From the NCBI GenBank assembly GCA_964481345.1, contig CAYZTC010000001.1:7766-71765 (forward strand): a stretch of 64,000 nucleotides of DNA, given 5' to 3'. A program made the translations under genes and the position numbers. The notes below the pieces were generated by a model. The model had not been told where the DNA came from and did not search any database. It was given only the letters and a program-made list of their open reading frames with translations. The stretch is from an uncultured Candidatus Saccharibacteria bacterium. Its GTDB lineage: Bacteria; Patescibacteriota; Dojkabacteria; SC72; JAFGCJ01. Position 1 is the stretch's first letter, and each line of letters begins with the position of its first letter. Positions 58,629 to 64,000 of the stretch are shown here, piece after piece.

Positions 58629-61600
58629 TTACTTTGTCTCTTTTATTGCATCTTTTAATTTCCAAAACATGCTTCCACCTTCTCGAATAAGATCGTTTAT
58701 TAGTAAATATGTTCCAGATTTAGTTTCCTGATTAGCATACAAAACACTGAATGCACTAACCCATTCTTCATCCAATGAAAAAGTACTGTTCTTTTTCAAT
58801 CGTACAAAACCTTCCAGTAAATATAGTTTTGAAATCTCGAGCGTATCTTTAGGTGAATCTTTTGCAAATTGAACAATTGAATCAATAAGACCATATTCAT
58901 ACTCAATTACACCTTTTGTTTTCTCAAGGGTTCTTCTTACATGATCTGAAAGCCAATGTATCTCAAAAACCTCTACTTTTGTATTCATCCAATGTCCAAA
59001 CTCTTCGAACAATCTCGGATTTTTCCTATTTTCAAGAACCCTATCCCATAAATTACATAACCTATCCTTGCACCATTTTTTCTTCAATAGCTCTTTAACT
59101 TTATTATTATCTCCTAAAATGTACCTTCCTAAAAAATTCAGAAAGCTAGCTTGTCTATCATAATCATTGTCTCTCCAAAAGGCTTTAAATAATGTATCAT
59201 CGAACCCAAACTCCTTATAATGAACAAACGCCAGAGCTAGGTGTATTGCAATACCTTCCTTCAAATCTTTAAAATATTTTCTATTTGGATCCATATTATT
59301 ATTCAAGCTTAATCCTTTTTTGTATAATTTCTGTAATTCTTTATCAAAGAATATTTCTTCGAATAGATCATTTGATAGATACCCTTCCCAGGAAGCAATA
59401 TAAAGATGCTTTTTCTTTTCACTCAGAGGAAAAATTTTAACTGTCAAATCTAGAATCCACTTTTTATCTCGAAAGTAAAAAGAAGGAAGATAATGTCCAA
59501 ACATAAAATATATGGCTCGAGTTTTCTCTTCTGTTAAAACATATTCGTATAACTTTTTTACATCTCTAGAAATCTTCACTTCCACTTTCTTATCAAATTT
59601 TTTGCCATCCTGAAATACGAAGTACACAAATGCTTCAAATGCTTTTCCTCGAACAGAGTTAATGGCAATAGAAAATGGATCGCTGACCAGTTTATCTTTA
59701 TTAACCCCAGAGATCTCTGTCATAGACGCTGTTTCTAATTTTTCATAATCTACGGTTGGATCTGGATAGCGAAGAAGATAGCTGATCATATCAAATATTT
59801 GGTCACGATACTTCGGGAAATCAATAACAACCTTTCCATTACTTTCCTCAAGTAATTTTTTAATTATATCCGCCATTGCACAATGCACGCTATTCCATCC
59901 TGCTAGCCAAGTATCAAAGTCCTTATAATCCCGTTTCAGTGATACAAAAGATTTTTTCTCCCCTGACTCTTTTATCACAGTAAGTAAATCTATCAAACCA
60001 TCCCAATTAATACTATTTAATTTCTCCTTATCTTTACTTATAGTTTCTTGCAAACCCCGTAAAAACGAATAAGTATAATGCGGATCAATCACATTCCTAT
60101 CAAAGAATAGTAATGAACTATTTATGTAGTCTTGTAATCGATTAGGAATATCCGACTGTATGTATTTACCAATCCCCCTTGCATTTATGCGATCGAAACT
60201 TGAATTATTAGTGTTCTGCTTTTTCAATTTTTCAGGAACCCACTCTGTCTTCAGATTTTGAACGATCTCTTTTATTTCAAGTTTATTAAAGACTTCTTGA
60301 GGAATTGGACCTCGTGATATTACAGTTCCACTTCGGAGAGGACCAATACTAGGTTTAGGCTTATAACTAGGATCTAATATGAATCCTGCTTTCTCTATTT
60401 TCTTCTCCTCCCCATTGGTAAGATAACCTATAATCATTGAGAGAACCCTTGAACCATATATCACTGACTGATCTCGATCTTCTTTATCCTTATCACGATT
60501 CTTAAAATACTCTACAACCATCTTTACATACTCACCCTTATCATCATTTGATAATACAGAAAACCCTTTTCTTAAAGCTTTTTCATACTCTGCGCCAGAG
60601 ATAATTTCATAATAATGTTCTGCTTCGAATAACCTGAAAAACTCTTCTTTAAGTTCGTTTTTAAATACCTTAGGACACAAACATAATACAAACAATCTCA
60701 AACGCCACATTGATCTGCTATCAGGTAGTGGCTCTATATATTTTTCATAAACCTCCCTTATAAGATCAATTTCTTCACACTTTTTACTAATCAATCTATT
60801 TAAAAATATTTTTATGATTGCCGCAAGATCTCTCATACCCTTTTCATATGATGGATATTCACTTTCATCAAGTTCTAAAGTGAAAAAGTCTACAACGTAC
60901 ATAGGAAATAAATCATTTATCTCGAACACTTTCTCAGTATTAGACTTTTCACCTAAATTAACGATTTTAGCCATTACTTTTGTAACTAACTTCAAAGCCT
61001 TTTCTGTATATTTCTCACTCATCAGAAAAAGATGTTCGATAACTTTTGTTGACGATAAATCTCCAAAATAAAATGGATTTTCACTGCTAGGTCGGTTATT
61101 CACTGTTTTCATTTCTTTTTTTGTACGTACGGATAAGACGGTTTCTACAAGTTTCAAGATATTCATATAATCTTTCACATCTACGAGAGTTCGAAACATC
61201 TTCTCATATTCAAAACCGTATTGTTTAAATGACCCCATCAATTTCACCCAATTTTCCCTGTGAATTTTTCCCACGATCCGAGCCAATTGCTTTGCGGATA
61301 GTTCACTGCAAATTCGAAGAAATCGATCGATTACTTCCGGATTAAATGTTTTCCTAGATATCGGAATCTCAAGCATAATATCAACAACTTCTGAAGGGTT
61401 TTTCTCTGAAACCTTCAGAAGATAATTTATCTCAGGCGATTGATATCCATATCTTGGTGCATCTTCCGCTTTTTTCTTTAGCACATCTAAGAATCCATTC
61501 TTCCAAAGCCATCTAAGCCATCTCCCATCAGCTCTAGCAAAAAAGTAATCCCGATCTTTCGAAACAAATTTCAAGACATCCTCTAGTACTGCCTCTTTAG

Positions 61601-61652
61601 AAGTCTTAGAAAGTAATTTCTCTATATTTTTATGTAACCTAATATAGTCCAT
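58629..61652 (-). CDS. 1007-aa predicted all-helical protein, putative defence sensor or scaffold
   Basis: Long ORF with no P-loop or TM that I can see; motifs YFF..W..W.WKNGF and AINSVRG. Confidence 0.75.
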   Translation of the reverse strand: MDYIRLHKNIEKLLSKTSKEAVLEDVLKFVSKDRDYFFARADGRWLRWLWKNGFLDVLKKKAEDAPRYGYQSPEINYLLKVSEKNPSEVVDIMLEIPISRKTFNPEVIDRFLRICSELSAKQLARIVGKIHRENWVKLMGSFKQYGFEYEKMFRTLVDVKDYMNILKLVETVLSVRTKKEMKTVNNRPSSENPFYFGDLSSTKVIEHLFLMSEKYTEKALKLVTKVMAKIVNLGEKSNTEKVFEINDLFPMYVVDFFTLELDESEYPSYEKGMRDLAAIIKIFLNRLISKKCEEIDLIREVYEKYIEPLPDSRSMWRLRLFVLCLCPKVFKNELKEEFFRLFEAEHYYEIISGAEYEKALRKGFSVLSNDDKGEYVKMVVEYFKNRDKDKEDRDQSVIYGSRVLSMIIGYLTNGEEKKIEKAGFILDPSYKPKPSIGPLRSGTVISRGPIPQEVFNKLEIKEIVQNLKTEWVPEKLKKQNTNNSSFDRINARGIGKYIQSDIPNRLQDYINSSLLFFDRNVIDPHYTYSFLRGLQETISKDKEKLNSINWDGLIDLLTVIKESGEKKSFVSLKRDYKDFDTWLAGWNSVHCAMADIIKKLLEESNGKVVIDFPKYRDQIFDMISYLLRYPDPTVDYEKLETASMTEISGVNKDKLVSDPFSIAINSVRGKAFEAFVYFVFQDGKKFDKKVEVKISRDVKKLYEYVLTEEKTRAIYFMFGHYLPSFYFRDKKWILDLTVKIFPLSEKKKHLYIASWEGYLSNDLFEEIFFDKELQKLYKKGLSLNNNMDPNRKYFKDLKEGIAIHLALAFVHYKEFGFDDTLFKAFWRDNDYDRQASFLNFLGRYILGDNNKVKELLKKKWCKDRLCNLWDRVLENRKNPRLFEEFGHWMNTKVEVFEIHWLSDHVRRTLEKTKGVIEYEYGLIDSIVQFAKDSPKDTLEISKLYLLEGFVRLKKNSTFSLDEEWVSAFSVLYANQETKSGTYLLINDLIREGGSMFWKLKDAIKETK

Positions 61653-61655
61653 AAT

Positions 61656-62780
61656 TTATGTGAATTTACATTTATACAAAATTGGAATAGGAACACTCTC
61701 TTCATTTTCACTTCTATACTTTATTAAGGATTGTAAATAAGCATCTTCAATACTACTATTATCGAAGAGTTTTTTGTAGAAAACACTAGAGAAAGAATTA
61801 GCATGTTTAGTTTTTATTCCACCTTGATACCCAACCACGTATGCAGAGAGATTTTCTTGAGCAAGTTGGAAAGCAAGAGACCCCTTATACTCAGAGTATT
61901 CATCAATTTTGCCTAATTTTCCTCCTGAATGACAAGTTGATAGGTAAACTAGGTGATAGTTTCCCTTACGGAGTTCTGTAAGTAAATCTGATATGTTAAT
62001 CTCCACGTAATATTTGTAATATTGTCTCTCTGGAGATTCAAGATATAATTCTCCATTTGGACCTCCATGCATTGTAAAATGTAAATATTTGTACTCATCC
62101 CAGTGAAATTTTTTCATTGCATTCATTGTTGTATGCCTAGACAAAAGAACATTATCAATCCAAAATTTTTTATCTTTATCCTTACTCTCATCATCCACGA
62201 GAGATTTAATAAAATCATATATTGCAGTTATCTCAGTTCGTAGTCCTTTACTTATATCTTTCATACTATTTTCATCATCACTCCTACAAGCATTTGATAT
62301 TAGCAGAAGGATATTGTTCTCTGAAAGCTCTAGAGTTTTACTCTGTCCACAAGGTATTTGACGAATAACATATCCCTCATTGTTGAAAACTTGTTCCCAG
62401 GGAAGCTCTAAAAATAATGCGCTATCTGAAGATATGATTACTCCACTTTTGTGACGGCTGGTATCAATATTAATTTTCTTTACCAAATATCTCATTAAGC
62501 CAACAAAATCTAACATTTTCTCAGGTATATCGACAGATTCAGTATCAGATATAACATCTGGATCAGTAGATAAAATTGCTGATCTTTGTTTACCTATTCT
62601 TGGATCCAAATTTTTAAAATCATCAATCGGTATATAATTTTTTTTACCAGCTGACTCAATAAATAAATACGTTCCCTTCGGAAGACTCTCAATCTTCTCT
62701 TCTCTTACTTCAATAAAACTTCCGGATATATTAATAACATCCGTACAAGTCTCTTTGTTACCTTTATCTTCTATCGACAT
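61656..62780 (-). CDS. CHAT-domain (caspase-like) cysteine protease
   Basis: LELPWE, YLHFTMHG (catalytic His) and LVYLSTCHSG (catalytic Cys). Confidence 0.85.
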   Translation of the reverse strand: MSIEDKGNKETCTDVINISGSFIEVREEKIESLPKGTYLFIESAGKKNYIPIDDFKNLDPRIGKQRSAILSTDPDVISDTESVDIPEKMLDFVGLMRYLVKKINIDTSRHKSGVIISSDSALFLELPWEQVFNNEGYVIRQIPCGQSKTLELSENNILLLISNACRSDDENSMKDISKGLRTEITAIYDFIKSLVDDESKDKDKKFWIDNVLLSRHTTMNAMKKFHWDEYKYLHFTMHGGPNGELYLESPERQYYKYYVEINISDLLTELRKGNYHLVYLSTCHSGGKLGKIDEYSEYKGSLAFQLAQENLSAYVVGYQGGIKTKHANSFSSVFYKKLFDNSSIEDAYLQSLIKYRSENEESVPIPILYKCKFT

Positions 62781-64000
62781 TTTCTCCCTCCACTATCTTA
62801 ATCTCTTCTTTCGTCAACCCATACAATATATAAACCTCTTGATCAATCTCATTATCAAGTTTTTTAATTTCTGCTTTCAAGCGAGCATATTTGTCGGTAT
62901 TTCCCGTTGTTTCTTGCAAATCCTGTTGCAGGTCAAGCATAAGCTGGGCTAGTTTCACTATTTCGGCTTGTTCTTTTTCGCTTGCTTCAGGTATTGGAAA
63001 AGTGGCAAGCTCTTTCACTTTGAATTGCGGGAAAGTTTTACGTTGAAATTTATCAAAAGTATTCACAAACCAAAAAGTAGTAATCCTGGAATTAAGAACA
63101 GCAAGAACAAAATGACTATTAACCTTAAAGTCCAAAACTATCATACTATTTCGATCGTTCATTAGCATATCTTCATTTATAAAAACTGCATTTATTGAAT
63201 ACGGTGGAAGAGAAGGTATCTGTCGAACTAGAATTCTTGGATTAACGTATAAATCTCGCGTTCTAGGTGCAGCAAGACATATACCATACTTTACCCATGA
63301 ACCTGACCAATCAATTTGATAACGCTTAACATCTTTACCATCTAAATATTTGTACCAATGTTCACCTTCATTTTTATCCGAGTGGTAAATACGATTATTC
63401 TTCATTTCATTGGTTTGTAGTGGGCTACCTTTTCCTGTTTCGTAAGCAACAAAACCTGACTTAATAGTTGTAACCTTTTTAAGTTGTTTTGATTTCTCGT
63501 TTACCTTTTTCAAAATCATCATCTTTTCTTTATTCTTTGCCAATGAAATGTTAATTATATAGTTGGTACTTTTAAAAGTATCCGGCACAAACTTTCCGAC
63601 AATTTTCAGCTTGCCATCTCTAAATTCACCGAGTGTTACTTTGCTTCTCCTGCCTTTTTTGAAAATCAAAAGACAGGTGTCAACATTGGCATCACCAAAA
63701 ACTTTGTTATAAATATTGATAATTTGAAGACTCCCGACTTCTTCAAGTAAAAACTTTCTAAGAGGAGCAAAGGTATCAATCGTCAGCCATGTATTAGGAA
63801 CGATAAAGCCGAAATATCCACCTTGTTGTAGGAGATTAAAGGCTCGCTCAATGAAAAGCAGGTATGTGTTAAGCTGATAGTTTGCCAGCTTGTAATCATC
63901 GTAAAAGTATTTTTTTATAGAATCATCAAAACTTTTTCCTCTGGCAAAAACATACGGCGGATTACCAATAATCACACCAAACCCACCTTGTTTGAAGACT
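62764..64000 (-). CDS. N6-adenine DNA methyltransferase, type IIG-like RM protein (3' part; runs off window)
   Basis: Frame open to the edge: GGFGVIIGNPPY, YLLFIERA, TaqI_C-like ILVRQI...LAVLNS...FPIP, YILYGLTKEEI. Confidence 0.9.
   Translation of the reverse strand, partial: VFKQGGFGVIIGNPPYVFARGKSFDDSIKKYFYDDYKLANYQLNTYLLFIERAFNLLQQGGYFGFIVPNTWLTIDTFAPLRKFLLEEVGSLQIINIYNKVFGDANVDTCLLIFKKGRRSKVTLGEFRDGKLKIVGKFVPDTFKSTNYIINISLAKNKEKMMILKKVNEKSKQLKKVTTIKSGFVAYETGKGSPLQTNEMKNNRIYHSDKNEGEHWYKYLDGKDVKRYQIDWSGSWVKYGICLAAPRTRDLYVNPRILVRQIPSLPPYSINAVFINEDMLMNDRNSMIVLDFKVNSHFVLAVLNSRITTFWFVNTFDKFQRKTFPQFKVKELATFPIPEASEKEQAEIVKLAQLMLDLQQDLQETTGNTDKYARLKAEIKKLDNEIDQEVYILYGLTKEEIKIVEGENVDRR

Noticed and set aside
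1-64000. Alternative genetic code (UGA=Gly) or introns/inteins in conserved genes
   Set aside because: TGA ends genes at expected positions (e.g. rpsQ, rplC), and conserved proteins are uninterrupted and of normal length.

Overview
This window looks like the chromosome of a Patescibacteria (CPR) bacterium. The S10-spc-alpha ribosomal cluster lacks rpmD/uL30, several r-proteins carry Lys-rich extensions, and most leaders lack a Shine-Dalgarno site. TGA is used as a stop, so this is not code 25. A Dojkabacteria-like lineage is only my guess. Contents from left to right: glyQS (partial), two greA paralogs, trmD, tRNA-Glu, cell-envelope genes, pyrH, HU, ymdB-rny, tgt, a 4-gene secretion/surface cluster, queA, fmt, rnpB, the r-protein superoperon with tuf and fusA, pcrA, surface proteins, elp3, alr and accessory genes. 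The right edge holds a probable defence island: N6-MTase, CHAT protease, a 1007-aa helical protein and a PD-(D/E)XK nuclease. Five observations stand out. (1) EF-G and EF-Tu have both lost the G4 NKxD aspartate and both carry Asp instead of Ser in G5. (2) A CHAT protease and a large helical protein are coupled to an RM methyltransferase. (3) GC-rich REP-like palindromes sit inside rnpB and in-frame inside elp3. (4) There are two unannotated rod-shaped ncRNA candidates, one of them 6S-like. (5) A sortase probably starts at ATA, and an LPETA substrate lies in the same window. I saw no rRNA, CRISPR array or transposase. All calls come from reading motifs; no searches were run.
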